Below the pieces are notes generated by a model. It did not search any database. It saw only the letters and a program-made list of their open reading frames with translations, and was not told where the DNA came from. Below are positions 29,301 to 44,338 of a stretch of DNA of 64,000 nucleotides, one piece after another. Source of the DNA: Blastocystis sp. Blastoise (taxonomy: Eukaryota; Protista; Bigyra: Opalinata); NCBI GenBank assembly GCA_039096225.1, contig JBBPEB010000006.1:124001-188000 (forward strand). Direction: 5' to 3'. The position numbers were made by a program, and so were the translations under genes. Each line of letters opens with the position of its first letter. Position 1 is the stretch's first letter.

Positions 29301-31050
29301 ATATAGTAAATAATGATAATAAATATATACAAGTTGAACATATTTACATCAAGAAAAGCAAAATAATTTTATGAATCCAACAGGTAATAAAGTATATCCT
29401 AAAATATGAGTATATTTGATTATTTGTAATAAAAAGTCTATATATATATATATCGATTATTAAATAAATACAAGTTATAGAGTTATATATATACTATAAG
29501 AAAAGTATAAAAAATTGAATATAAAACAAGATAAATAGATAGAATAATATACATACATAATATAATATTATGAATGAACAAGCTAGAAGATAACTTTATT
29601 AATAATAGAGATAGAACGAGCACATACTATATACAACAAGACTAGTATATATATTATGTAATAAAAATTATATATAACATCATAAAAAGTATATAGGAAT
29701 ATATATATATATATAAACTATATACATCAATATAAAGTTGAAAGATACACCAGTCTCAATAATTCTAGAATATGACATTACTATATATATAAATGATAAT
29801 AAATATACTAAAAATATTCATATATAAATAGTAATCATTTAGTATAAATTGTATATAGAAATAGAAAGTATAATAGAAAATATATAATATCTATATAATA
29901 ATATAATATATCATGCATATTTATTTAAAACAAGAATTAGTACATAGAATAATATTAATATATAGCATATACAATCATTATAGGATCAATATACATAAAA
30001 GAACATATATAATATTATATATATATACAATTATTTTCCCCTGATAGAAAGAAATAACAAAAATTCATCATTCTATATATATACAATAAATATATAAGTA
30101 TACATATATATATATAATATATACACATATATCTAAATACACAATATATATAAATATACAATATATATAAATATACAATATATATAAATATAATACATAC
30201 TTCAAATAAACATATAAATGAATTCATTCGATCATTAATACACTTTTTCTATATATAATAGTAATTAACAATATAATAAAATAATAATATATAGAATAAC
30301 AATATACATAATAAAGCATATATAAATATTATATGTAGTATTAATAACAATAATCGACTAGGAAAATATGTTAAAATAATAATTCTATAATATATATATC
30401 AAATAATAAGCATATATAACAACAATAAGAATAAATAAATGAGAAAAGAATCATAATATACCTTTTTACTAAAATTTTTATTATTTTTATTTTGAATATA
30501 TAATCATCCATAACTCTCCAATAATATCAGTTAATCATCTAATAATTCACATAATAGTACTATACATCATCTAGGACTAAACGATAGTGTTAAATATTAA
30601 AAACAATAATAACTCCTGAACATCAATTAACTGCCATTTCTATACAACTAGAGAAGATATATTGATAATAATGTTATTATATACTACTCATACCATAATG
30701 GGATTGAACAAGACAAAACAAACCTCTAGATAACTCCACATTCTGTAATTGTAATTCTCCATCAATATTTCTTTAATATGATTTCCTATATACTATTTAG
30801 ATATAATACATACTTATATAATAATATACATCAATAATATAACCCAAAGACTATTTTTGACAGCCAAATGTCGACCATTATGATAAAAGTCTAATATGAC
30901 TTGCTTATTCATCTAACCACTTCAACATAACTATACAAGGCTATATTAACAATATCAGATCTATATAAGCATACCTAATTGGCAATCCCCAATTACTTTC
31001 ACGAACCTCACCTAAATCTACTCTATATATGTCATCATATGTATAATAAG
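26400..31050 (-). pseudogene. Heavily decayed multi-exon minus-strand cargo gene or transcript
   Basis: Minus-strand TATAG acceptors and GTAT donors. Protein-like fragments near 30680-31025 (VDLGEVRESNWGLPI, LKWLDE*ASHIRLLS*W, NIDGELQLQNVELSRGLF) are broken by stops. Confidence 0.35.
28400..29060. repeat. AATAACAACTATATAT-type minisatellite
   Basis: Many imperfect ~13-19-bp units visible directly. Confidence 0.85.
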
Positions 31051-31192
31051 GCATAATATATATACATACTCAATATTCAATCCATATATATATATATAAT
31101 ACCCCTAGCAGTTATTATAAAATATATGTTATCCCCATAATTATTTTATACACCTAGTCATACTCGGAGACGTTGGGATACTCCCATACCCT

Positions 31193-31243
31193 ACTGTATT
31201 GTCTGACTTTTTAACAATTCTACTGTATAGGCTGATTTATCTC
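31193..31243 (-). repeat. Right terminal inverted repeat (51 bp)
   Basis: Perfect reverse complement of 437-487. Confidence 0.95.
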
Positions 31244-31253
31244 TTCTTCTTTT
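31244..31253 (+). repeat. Target-site duplication, right copy (TTCTTCTTTT)
   Basis: Abuts the right TIR and is identical to 427-436. Confidence 0.85.
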
Positions 31254-31312
31254 TTTTTTGGATAGTTTTTGTTTTATACCTTTTTGAACACTTTACGAAA
31301 TTAATATAAAGA

Positions 31313-32645
31313 ATGAAGATCATAACTGGAGATGAAACAGGTCTTATAAAGCAAGTTATTATCGAACAAAAGAAAATTCAACGTTGGGGTGTTCAAAATC
31401 GTGAGTTATCTGTAGAGAGAATGCGTTTTTGTGGTCCAAAAGATGATGATGAATCACAACTTGCTGTTGCTTTAAAGTATTTTATTATTATATTCAGCGA
31501 TACAAGTTATTGAATTGTTTGATCTTATAAAAAATATAGAAATGGTTGTATTAAAGTATGGGATATGGATGAAACAAAACTTTTAAGTACTTTAGAGACT
31601 CATTCTCCAAACCCAAAGGGATTAGATATTATCTATGAAGAGAATGATCGTAAGATAATTAGTTGTTCTGAAGAAGGTCATGTTTGTATATTTTCTTTAG
31701 AAACTGATGAATTAGTAAAAGAATTTGATATTGATGGTCCAGTTGCCACTATGCATTTATGTCCTTATAATCATGATATATTTGCTGCTGGAGGGAAAGA
31801 GAATGATTTAAAAGTCTATAGTATTGAGAAGGGATCTTTTATTTGGCGGGCAAAAAACGTACCAAATGATTTTTTAGATCTTCGTGTACCTGTATGGATT
31901 AAAGATTTACAGGTATATTTATGTGTTATATTTATATATGTTATATTAAATATTTATCTATTTATATATGCTATATTTATGTTTTTTATTATAGATTTTA
32001 TATATTTTATATATATTATATATTATATGTTATATATTATATATTATATATTATATGATATATATATATATATATATATATAACTCTAGTTTATGGAATG
32101 TAGTGATAAGGGATATAAGATCATTACTGTAACTGGGTATAATCAGATTCGTATTTATAATACTAGTGTCAAAAGACAACCTATTGAAGATTATGCTGTT
32201 GGTGAGCATGCGTTCGTCACGTGCCGACTCAACAAAGATCAAACGTATCTTTATGTCTCTGATATTATTGGTAGAGTATATATATCTTTATTTTTTATTC
32301 TTTATATTTTTTTTATTATAATTGCAGTTTTATATATATAATACTATTGCTATATACATATACATAATGATTCTTATACATAATATATATATATACTAAA
32401 GGTTGTTGGTTTTAACTTATCAACTCATCGTATATATGGTGTTTTCAAGGGGAATGTGGGGTCCGTGAGGGATATACAATTACATCCCTCTCTCCCGCTC
32501 TTAGCTACCGTGGGCTTAGATCGTATACTGAGAGTATATATTAAGAATAAGAATACTATAAATCTACATATATATCTTTTTAAATGAATTTATATATATA
32601 TATCTATTTTCTACACTTATTACTATATACGTATTTTTATCTAAA

Positions 32646-32683
<38 letters not shown>

Positions 32684-32905
32684 TATATATATATATAGAT
32701 CTATGATATTCCTTCTCGTGATTTGAAGCATCGTATATATTTACGTCAACGTTTGAATACCGTTGTATTTGGAAGAGAAGAGATAATAGACGATGATGAA
32801 GAAGAAGAAGATAAAGAAGAAGAAGAAAACAGAGAAAACAAAGAAAAAGAAGAAGAAAATGAATATAATAGTGATTTTGATGCATTGAATAGTGACGAAG
32901 AATAA
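31313..32905 (+). CDS. WDR74: WD40 60S ribosome biogenesis factor WDR74/Nsa1 (multi-exon)
   Basis: TGDETGLIK; AGGKENDLKVY; WRAKNVPNDFLDLRVPVW; VKRQPI; FKGNVGSVRDIQLHPSLPLLATVGLDR; IYLRQRLN; acidic tail. Confidence 0.92.
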
Positions 32906-33903
32906 ACTAAATATTAACTTGTATTTTATTCAATATCCTATTATTTTATAGAATAAAATTGTCTCTACTATTTTTTTTTGTTATGGTTATCTTTATGGTT
33001 ATTCTTCATATTTATTTTAATATTTCATTTCTTTATGATTTTATTGTTTAACTATGGTTGTTTGTGTCTTCTATGTGTATATCATTCTCTATTTTGTTAT
33101 ATTCTATCTTCTTCTTATTATTTATTTCTAAACTGTTCTCAATACTCATAATCAAATTTATATATACATAAACGATATTCATAAATATCTAATTTTTTAT
33201 AATGAAATCATACGAACATTGACAACTTAGGAATAGCTGATTCAACGATTTATTGTATAATCTTCACTAAATAGATGACTCGTAGTCTTTATATGAAGAA
33301 ATAAAGATATATATTTACTATTATATCGTCCATTGTTTAGAAATTTAATATAATTAAAGGAAAACAAACGTAATAGAATTCAATAAATACTAAAATGTCC
33401 ATAAAAGTTATGAATTCGTCAATTTTGAAAATTATACACCTAGATATATCATTACCAGATATATATAATTTAACTTCAAATAAAAAACTATAAATAAACT
33501 CAATTAAAGAATAAAATGTCGAATGATTATTTGAATATGAATAAAGTTTACTTTAAAGATACATTTTATCAATAGGATACACAGATAATATAATAATAAA
33601 AAAGAATCGAATGAAGAAAAGAACAAAAACAATAAAATAACGACGCCTCCTTCTTCAAATTCAAATTTGAGAAAACACATGAGTTTTTTTAAATAACGAG
33701 AAGAAATGAAATAGGAAATAATAATGGAAAAATACTTCTTTGTCGGTACTTTGTTCTAGAAAATCGTGGAAATCCGATAGAAAAATGATTGGGAAAAGAA
33801 CATGATGATAATTATTGAATATTCAAGAGTATTTTAAATAAACAATTTATTGATTCATATAAGGTTTTAATATTCTTTATGCATAATAGTGTATGTAATC
33901 ACA

Positions 33904-36508
33904 ATGGGTGAATCGTACTGTGAAGACTATGCTTTTATGCCGGTGTTTATTAATCAATTTGATAAACACCTCTATTCAATGATGGCAAATTTGATATCAA
34001 ATATGAAAAAGAAAAATAGAAAATATCTTGAAGAATTGACTGGGAAGTATACAGATGAAGATGAAACTCGTTTTTATCAAATGATGTGGAATCATACTCG
34101 AGATTTATATGTTGAAGATGATATGAAAATGGACCAAGTATATACATATATATTTCTTATTATTTTCAAATGTTTTTCTTATTGAATCTTGTGTTTTTCT
34201 AAAATTCTTTTGTTTTCATTTTGTTTTGTTGCAGATTTTTTGTTTTTTTTGTTTTTTTGCATTGATTAGAGTTTTTTTTTGATTACTGTAAAACTTATTT
34301 ATTTTTATTATATCTTAATTTTTCATAAATAGGAAATTGAAGCTGCTAGAAATGAAGAAAAGAATTTGATTTCTCGATATCAAGAATTATGTGCTATGTT
34401 AGGAATAGCATGTGATGTTGTATATATATATAGTAATATTAACATTTTTTCTTATTCATCAATAATATCATTAAAATTATATAATTATTAATATATCTAA
34501 TTATTTTTTATATTAAGGATATTTTAACTGGAAGACCCAATAGTCGTATAAGTGATATTGGATTTCCCACGGTTATTTCATGTATTCAATCACGTACTGT
34601 TTTAATTCAAGAAAAAATTCAATCTCTGTTAGTTGTATATATATATTTTAGTGTATTATATATTATGTATTATATATTTGAATTATATATATTATGTATT
34701 ATATATATATTATGTATTATATATTTGAATTATATATATATTATGTATTATATATATATTATGTATTATATATATAAATATAATACACTATATATATAAA
34801 TAATATATAATATATATCCTTTTTATATATAGAAATGTGAAAATGCGAAAAAGAATGTTTTGCGGTTGTTAGAAGAAATTGTAGATTTTATGAAGAAACT
34901 AAAGTTGGATTCCCGCGGTTATGAGTCTGAAATAGATAAAATTCAATCAAGTGATTTTATAATTCGTCGTGAAACACAAGAAACATTTATGGACACAAAG
35001 ATTAAATTAAAAGAATTATATGTATATATAGAGATATTTTATAATTATTTTTTATTCTATTTATATTTTTTATACTTTTTTATTATTTTTAATATATTTT
35101 ATTTATTTTATTTATTCTATTTATTCTATTTATCTATTTTTTATTACTATATATATAGGATAAGAATGTATCGTTATTACAAATTGAATTATCTGATATA
35201 TATACATTAAGTGAGTCTCTAAGTGTGACAGACCCCTTCTCATTTCCTTGTTACACAGACGTTGAGTCTCCGTACAAAGACGTCATTCAATACGTGGATT
35301 GTTTCTCTAGTGATTATAAAGAGGAACAAATCTATGACGAAGAGAGGGATTATATAACAGATATTAACAGCTTTGTTAAAGTATATATATTATATATATA
35401 TATTATATATAATATATATATAGACATATGGAGCTACAGATGACTCTCTGAAGCTATTAACTGACTTTAAAGCAAAACTACAACGAATTAAAGTATATAT
35501 ATATATTATATATATTATATATATATATATATTATATAGGAGAGCCGAGAATGGTTTTTACAGAATATTAATACATGTTGTGAATTATACAAGTCGATTC
35601 TAATAGAATTCGGATTTGAATGTCCCTCTTCATCAGTTGACACGTCATTCGAATCTTTATCTTTACATACTATTAATAATGTATATTTATCTTAATATTA
35701 TTATTATATTATTATTATAGAATTATATGTATCTTATATATTTAAATGGATTTATATCTCAACGAAAATCAGAAATAAAACTAAAAGTAATCAACACATT
35801 ACAAGGTATATATGTATTATATATATACTATTATATATTATTATATATTATTATATGTTATTATATACTATTATATATATAGAATATTGGCTATCTACTT
35901 ATATGTCTACGCCTTTCTTATATGCATCTGCATATATATATACTCCTAAAGCTTTTGCCGCCATTTCTTCCCGCTATATTCAATATCAATTTATGGACTC
36001 TATTCGAGATAAAGGTATATATATATATATTAATAATAATATAATACTTATTCTATATAGATATAATAGAGTTATTGGATTGTTTGGGTGTATATAGAAT
36101 GCTTAAAGATCGAGAAAGGGCTTTGAATACATTAAAAATGAAAGTAAGTTGTCGGAATTATTACCGCGGGGAATTACAGGATATTGAGGAAATAAAAGTG
36201 ATGAAACGTGAAGGAAAGAAGCATGTTTCGAATAGCTGTATACAAAAGATGATGAATGAAAAAGACACAAAGTTATTATTGGAACAGTATTCCAATGACG
36301 TTAATAGAGAATGGATACAATTTGAAGATCAATTTGGCATATTATCAATATCTAGTATATATATATAATAATAATAAATTATTCTATATATATAGAAGAT
36401 AAATTTGAATCTCAAGTGAAATCTGAACCTCCAAAGAAAAAAATGAGAAAAGTATATATATATATATATAATGATATTATTATTATTATTATATTGTTAT
36501 AGGTATGA
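33904..36508 (+). CDS. Hypothetical multi-exon helical/coiled-coil protein ending ...PPKKKMRKV
   Basis: Series of coding-like exons separated by GT-(TA)n-AG introns. The start is uncertain and no family was recognised. Confidence 0.6.
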
Positions 36509-37375
36509 TCTTTAAATAAGATTAGCCAATCAATTCTCGTTTTTGTGAAATACTATTTCTCGGCGCTGTCTTTTATTTTTCTTCATCAATTTGCATGCTA
36601 TATTTTATATATATTACGTATATATACTTATATATATGCATTTCTGAATGTTATTTATCTTTATTAGTTAGGTTTTGAATTCTATTTTTTTTTTATAAAT
36701 TAGATTTCTTTCTTTTTTTTTTATTTTTCTATTTCCCATTTTTTTCTGCTTCAATCTCTCTCTTTGTCATTTTATTCAAATCTTATGATTCAACTCAAAT
36801 CTTATTTTTGTATCTCTATTCTTATATACTTAGCTTTATTATAATTCTATTCATTATATATATATATTATATTATATTCTTTCTCTATGATATACATATA
36901 TATATATATATATATCATTAATATTTTATGGATCCTTCTATAACTGATTACTTTATTTTTTTCCTAAAAATTTGAATCCTCTTTTATTCACATGTTTCAC
37001 CATTATATATATATATCTACATTTCTATGTCTTTGATGTCCTCTTTTTGACTTATTGTAAATAATCTGTAATATCTTATAATCAATATCTATTCTATAAT
37101 ATATATATATGCAATTCTTTTCAATTTTTCTTTTTTTTTTTGTATATATTTTCATTTACATTTTTTGAATTTTGAATTTTTCATTTTTTAACATTTATAT
37201 ATTTAATATTAATAAATAAAAAAGATATTTGTGCATTCACATGTTGTCTCTTATTTCCTCGTTTCGTTTTATTATATTATCATAATAGAAGATAATTATA
37301 TTGTTTTTAAACACTACCAACATTAATATGAATAAATATATAGAATCATAATTGATCATTTAATTAATGTTTAAA

Positions 37376-37635
37376 TCATTTATTACGTTCTGTTCCTAAA
37401 ACCATTGTATGTTTCCAACCGAAAGAAAGATCTTCGACGAATAGATCGTCATACAATGTCACGTGCTCAGGGACATGGAGCCAGTTCCATCTATGAAAGA
37501 ATATTAATAGAATATTAATAGAATATTAATAGAATATATTAGATATATATTACTATATATATACTGATAAACATATCCATCGTTGGTAATACCATAACAA
37601 TCTGTTCCAGAACAAACAATTTTTTTAAACAGTAT

Positions 37636-37683
<48 letters not shown>

Positions 37684-39648
37684 TATACTTGAATGGATGT
37701 AGTATCTACTTGAACAGGTATATGGTGCATTCGATCGAAATTATCTCTTTCTTCTTCTTCATTTATACTCTTTAACTTGGACGTTAAACCATCTTCCATA
37801 CCTAAAAGGAAGAGATCCCCGTGGGAATCCTGGTAAGAGAGATGGAATTGCCCTACGCCAAGAGTAACGGGAGATGTCGGAAGATCCAATTTACGTGGAA
37901 TACCTTGATCTGCATAAATAGTATCTTTCTTCTCATTAATAGCAGGAGACCAATATTTTCCACAAACATATAAATCATTATGATCATCTAGCATCTATAT
38001 ATATATAGTAATATATATATAGTAATATATATATAGTAATATATATAGTAATATATATAGTAATATATATATTACTATATATATAGTAATATATATATAG
38101 TAATATATATATAGTAATATATATAGTAATATATAAATAGTAATATATATATTACTATATATATAGTAATATATATATAGTAATATATAGTAATATATAT
38201 ACAAATGTGCTATTAAATCCTGTAAACACTTTTTGCACATGAATTCCATCCATAGTCTCAACCCAAACAGGTTTAGGGATCATTTCCCTTGGGGTAACTC
38301 CTAATTGACCACGTTCCGCTTTTCCCCAGGTAAATACTTTCCCTTTATCGCTTAGTGCGGCTACATGTTGAAATCCACAAGATACTTGTATCTATAATAA
38401 TATATATAGGATATATATATATATATTAAGTATATGTATACAATATATATAATAATAAATATAATAAATATAATAATAACCTTATATATACAATATGATC
38501 TTCATTTCGAAGAGGTACGCGTTGTGCGTCAAAGAAATTGAATTTATTACTATCTACTCCACATTGACCATATTTATTATACCCATATGTATATACGTGA
38601 CCTATATATATATATATATAAACATATAATAAATATAATCTATATAAAGCATAGATAACATATATATAATAAATATAATCTATATAAAGCATAGATAACA
38701 TATATATCATAAACATAATCAATATAGAGTATACATAACATATATATAATAAAAATAATCTATATAAAGCATAGATAACATATATATCATAAACATAACA
38801 AATATAGAGTATACATAACATATATATAATAAACATAACAAATATAGAGTATACATAACATATATATAATAAACATAATCTATAGAGAGTATACATAGCA
38901 TATATATAACAAATATAAAATATACCTTCTTCTGTGCAGCAAGCAGTAAGCGCGGCACTCGCGGAGACTTGGCGGGCATGATCTTGTTCTAAAGGTAAAC
39001 GAGTAGGATATAATGTATCTACTATAGTCTTCTTAAATAAACTATATATATTATAAAAAATAAAAAAAAAAATAAAAAACATATTTATTCGTTAAATATA
39101 TAAAAATATAAAAATAAATACTATATATAACTCATTCAATATTCATAAATATAAAAATAAATACTAAGAGAACTTTCTAGCAAATTCATTTCCATAAGTA
39201 ATCCAATTACCCGCACCTATAATTTGTTTTATATCTTGAGTTCTACCAAAAATAATAACTTCTTTATCTGAAGTCACACATGCTGAATGACCCCTTTATA
39301 TAAATTGATAGTATACTACAAAATAAAGAATTGTAAAACAAAATATACCATCCAGCACTTATTTGTACAATATTATTTCCTTCTAATGCTTGTACTTTCT
39401 ATATATAACAAATTATTTTTTTATATATCAAGAATTCATAGAAAAAAAAGAGAAATTACTTTTGGTTTTGTCAAATCTTCAAAATCTCCATGTCCAAGAG
39501 ATCCAACAATTCCTGAACCAAATGTATATACTATAGAAACAAAATACTATTAAATAACACAAGCCAATACAGTACCTGAATAGGATCGACTGAATTGTAA
39601 ACTACGTAACAGTCTTCTTGAATTAATAAGTAATCTATTTGAATACAT
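37376..39648 (-). CDS. RCC1-repeat protein with N-terminal mitochondrial-type presequence (RCC1L/WBSCR16-like)
   Basis: Leader MYSNRLLINSRRLLRSLQFSRSYS. RCC1 repeats VYTFGSGIVGSLGHG, VYTYGYNKYGQCG, VSCGFQHVAALSDKGKVFTWGKAERGQLG and LSFGWKHTMVL. Confidence 0.8.
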
Positions 39649-39812
39649 TCTAATAGAATATTTGACTTGCTATTCTATTTATTTTAATAAAATATCAGAA
39701 TAAATTAAATCCGTATTATTTTTCTTTTTCCCGTATAGAAAACAAGAAAAACATTAAAAATTATTTTTCATTTATTTTGACAAACTATTCATTTTCTTTA
39801 AGACTATCTGAA

Positions 39813-41953
39813 ATGAGTACAAGCCAACAATTAAATGCATTACTTGTAGGATATGGTGCTGTAGCATCTGAAAATGAAACTACAAGTATTACAAAGAAAA
39901 TTTCAGAAACACTTGATTCAGTTCAACCTGTATTTCTTGATCATTCTATATAAATTTAATATATATTAGTTAACTGAGAAAATTCCTGTAGAAGGTGAAT
40001 TTGAATATTACTCCATTTTCCCTGAATTCAAACAAGTTGCTGATTCTACTTCATTAAAAGCTATTTCTCTTATTCAAACTATATTAGAAAAAGTATATTG
40101 TCTATTTTAGCTTAGCTTAAAACATTCTATGTATAGTTTATTCCCGATACCAAAACTAATCTTGTAGATAATAATTCTATTTCTGATCCATTTGAATTCG
40201 GACCTATTGAAAATTTATTAGATACTGTTCTAGAAAAGTCTGATAAATATATAGATATTTCAAAGGGTTTAAGAGGAGATGATCGTTCAATGGTATTTTT
40301 TTATTTTTTTAATTTTTAGTTATATATAATTATACATATTAGTTATATTAGATATTTATGTATTGTTATTTCTATAATATATGTATTGTTGTTTCTATAA
40401 TATATGCATTGTTATTTCTATAATAAATACTATATATAGGAAGGTGTTCAAAAGAATGATTTTGATCGTGGTGAGGTAAAACAGACAGTAATTCGTTATG
40501 ATGAAACAATCCCAAAACCCCAACTCTTATTTAAAGATATTATTGATAATTCAACTGAACCATTTATTCCTAAAATCACAGAGAAACCCAATGCCCTAGT
40601 ACCTCTTAATATTGATAGTATATATTTATATATATATTTATGTTTATATAATCATTTATTTTTTTATATAATCAACATATATATATATATATATTAATAA
40701 TTGTTGATATATATCTTCCCTATTATTATGTTTCCCTAATAGGTATCTCCAATAATGGTGTTTCGGAGGCTATGGATATGTATGCTCAAGGGATGAATAT
40801 ATCTATAGATATACCTTCTTGTCACTATAGACATCCCTATGAATATGAAATATCAAATCTTAAATTATCGGATTGGCAGTTACAACAATCCCCCTTAATC
40901 CCCATCCCTCCTTTACAAGAAACACCATTAATTTTAGTGGATAATCTGGAGAAATTGGCCACTATGATTGAAGAATTGTCTTCACAGAAGTATATAGCTA
41001 TTGATGTTGAACATCATAGCTTAAGAAGTTATCAAGGTTTCACTTGTCTTATTCAAGTATCCTCTACAGAAAAGGATTATCTCGTGGACGGTATAGAAAT
41101 TCGTGAGCACGTGCATCTGTTAAATACTGTTACAACAAACCCAAATATTCTTAAGGTATTATATATATATATATATATATATATAGGTATATATATATAT
41201 ATATAGGTATTTCACGGGGCTGATCATGATATCGAATGGCTACAAAAAGACTTTGGAGTTTATGTTGTAAATATGTTTGATAGTGGTCAAGCATCACGTG
41301 CTCTCTCCTATCCTTCGTTTTCATTGGCTTATCTTTTGAAATCTATTTGTGGAGTAACAGCAAATAAACAATATCAATTAGCTGATTGGAGGTATATATA
41401 TATATATAACTATATAACTATATAACTATATATAACTATATATAACTATATAACTATATAACTATATATAGAATACGTCCATTAACAGAGGATATGCAGC
41501 GATATGCCCGTGAAGATACACATTATCTTTTACATATATATAGTTATTTAAAGAATCAACTTCTCCAAAATGTGGATGATACTTATAATCCTTTACTTCA
41601 AGTGTATAAGAATAGTAATCTTTTGACGTTAGAAACGTACGAAAAACCCTCTTTTACGGAGAACGATATAGATATTCTTATTGCAAAGAAAGGATATCAT
41701 ATGAATGCTGCTCAAAAACAACTTTTTAAAGCGATATATAAATGGAGAGATAGTCTAGCTAGAGATATGGATGAATCTCCTGGTTTCTTAATGTCTAATA
41801 TATGTATATATAAAATGAGTATCACTCCTCCCTCTACTGTTTATGCCCTCAAATTACTATTAAATCCATTACCCTATATATTAATCACTAAAGCCAATGA
41901 ATTTGTCCACTATATTAAAGGAGTACAAAAGTATATATATATATATATATATA

Positions 41954-42035
<82 letters not shown>

Positions 42036-42995
42036 GTGGACAAAATACTCAACCTGATGTTGTATATATATATATATATATATAACTATATATAACTATA
42101 TATATATATATATAGGATCCTATGGATACTGATTTGCCGGACCCTTTGAGTGATTTTGATGTTGATGCGAATATCAATATAACCACGGGGGAAGAATCAA
42201 CTACTTTTTTTGAAACACTTATGAATAATAAATATATTCAATTAGTTCAAGAGGCTGCAAAAACAAGACAAGATAGTTCGTTTTCATTAACTCCTTCTCT
42301 TCCTCATCTACCAATCAATTTAGTTATTCCTGATGATTCAACCAATGAATTGCCTCCGTTGAACACACAAATCGATGGAGACACGCGTCAGTATGTCGAA
42401 TATCTTCGTGGTCACGTGAACGAAGCTCGAAAGAAGGAAGTTGAAGATATTTATACATCTATTAATATAGAAGAAATGCTCAAAGAATTGACTTTTATGG
42501 GATTACCGCAAGAAAATGATACAATTGATTTATCTGAAGAAACTCTTCCTTCGTTAGCAACCCCTAATAGTGTTTCGAAACCCTCAGAAATCCCCAAACC
42601 CCCTCGTTCCCTCGCAGAGATCTATAATATTACGATTAAAGACCGTCAGAAGAATAAGAAGGAACAGGATTCCAATGTGGAAACTGGGGAAACTAATGGT
42701 GATTCAATGGATATTGATGCAGATAAAAGTGAAAATAATGATGATGTATATATATTATATATAGTATATATATTATATGTATATACATATATATATATAG
42801 GATTCCGTTAAAGATACTTCTGTTGATATTCAAAATATCGATGAACAACAAAAGAAAGAAGTATATATATATATTTAATATCTATTATATATATATATGT
42901 TTAATATCTATTATATATATATATAAATATCTTATTTGTCTAAAGTAGGTATTGATATTGAGGCATTAAAACAATACGATCCTCAAGCCTATGCT

Positions 42996-43030
<35 letters not shown>

Positions 43031-43336
43031 TTATATTTATATAGCAATTGCTACTAGTGATACTAAACCTAAAGAGTATATATTTATATATAAATAAATA
43101 ATGTATATATATATATATATAGACAAACAGTGGAAGAGTTTACACCTATTCAAGGAATGGAATATGATGTATATATATACTATATATATACTGTATATAT
43201 ACTATATATATAGCAAAAGAATGTTCGTAATATGTTAAAAACGAATGCACCCATGTTAAATTCAAGAAATAAGAATTATCAGAATAATAATAATAACGGG
43301 AAATATAATCGTAATGGAAAATTCCCCAATAATAAC

Positions 43337-43371
<35 letters not shown>

Positions 43372-43467
43372 CAAACCAAGAAAGTATATATATTTATTCA
43401 TATAATAATAATTATATATATATATAGACCCTTTGTTGCGAATAATAATAAAACTATGTCTTATTAA
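39813..43467 (+). CDS. RRP6: Nuclear exosome 3'-5' exoribonuclease RRP6/EXOSC10
   Basis: IAIDVEHHSLRSYQGFTCLIQVS; FHGADHDIEWLQKDFG; KQYQLADWRIRPL...YAREDTHYLL; HRDC domain WRDSLARDMDESPGF. Confidence 0.96.
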
Positions 43468-44031
43468 ATTATATATATATAAATCATATTCAATATATAT
43501 AATAGTAATAATTTTATATTTGTATTGTCTTTCAATTTAATATGTGTATATATATTATATATATATATTTGTTGTGTTCTGTATTATATTTATTTCTTTT
43601 TATATTGAACTTCATTTCATATTATAAATGATTATTATTTTAATATATTATTCATAAACACCGTATACATCATTTTTACATAACTATAACATAAATATTC
43701 AATATATATACGTTTTAATTCTTCCAAAATACATATATTTTATAAATAAATATTTTCATCATAGTTTATAATCATATATATGATGAATAATCATCTAATC
43801 ATCGCTATTTCTTTCCAAAAACTAAACTTTTTAACTATTATAATTATTTTGATTTAAGCATTATTTATATATATAAATATATAACAAAATAATATTCTAT
43901 TTATTCAAGTGGTGTTTAACTTATTCATATTTTCAATATGTAATATAAATAAACAAAACAAATTATATGAGAAAAAATAGGTATAGAAATACAGACAATG
44001 ATAATATATATATATAGAAAGAATAGATAAT

Positions 44032-44306
44032 TTAAAGTGTAGCATTATATTGTTCTGCTTTCTCTAGCATATGTTCTACTTCATCATAATCTTCAGGATT
44101 CAAACTAATCATATTCATATGATAAAATTGTTCTATACTCTTTAATTGATCAATAGATTCAGCCTCTTTCAGAATAAAACTGACAGCGACTCCAGCACGA
44201 CCCATTCTACCTGTTCTACCAATACGATGTAAGAAATTAGCATAATCCTATATATACATATTATTATTATAGTTATGTTTATTATTATTATTATTATTAT
44301 TATTAA

Positions 44307-44338
<32 letters not shown>

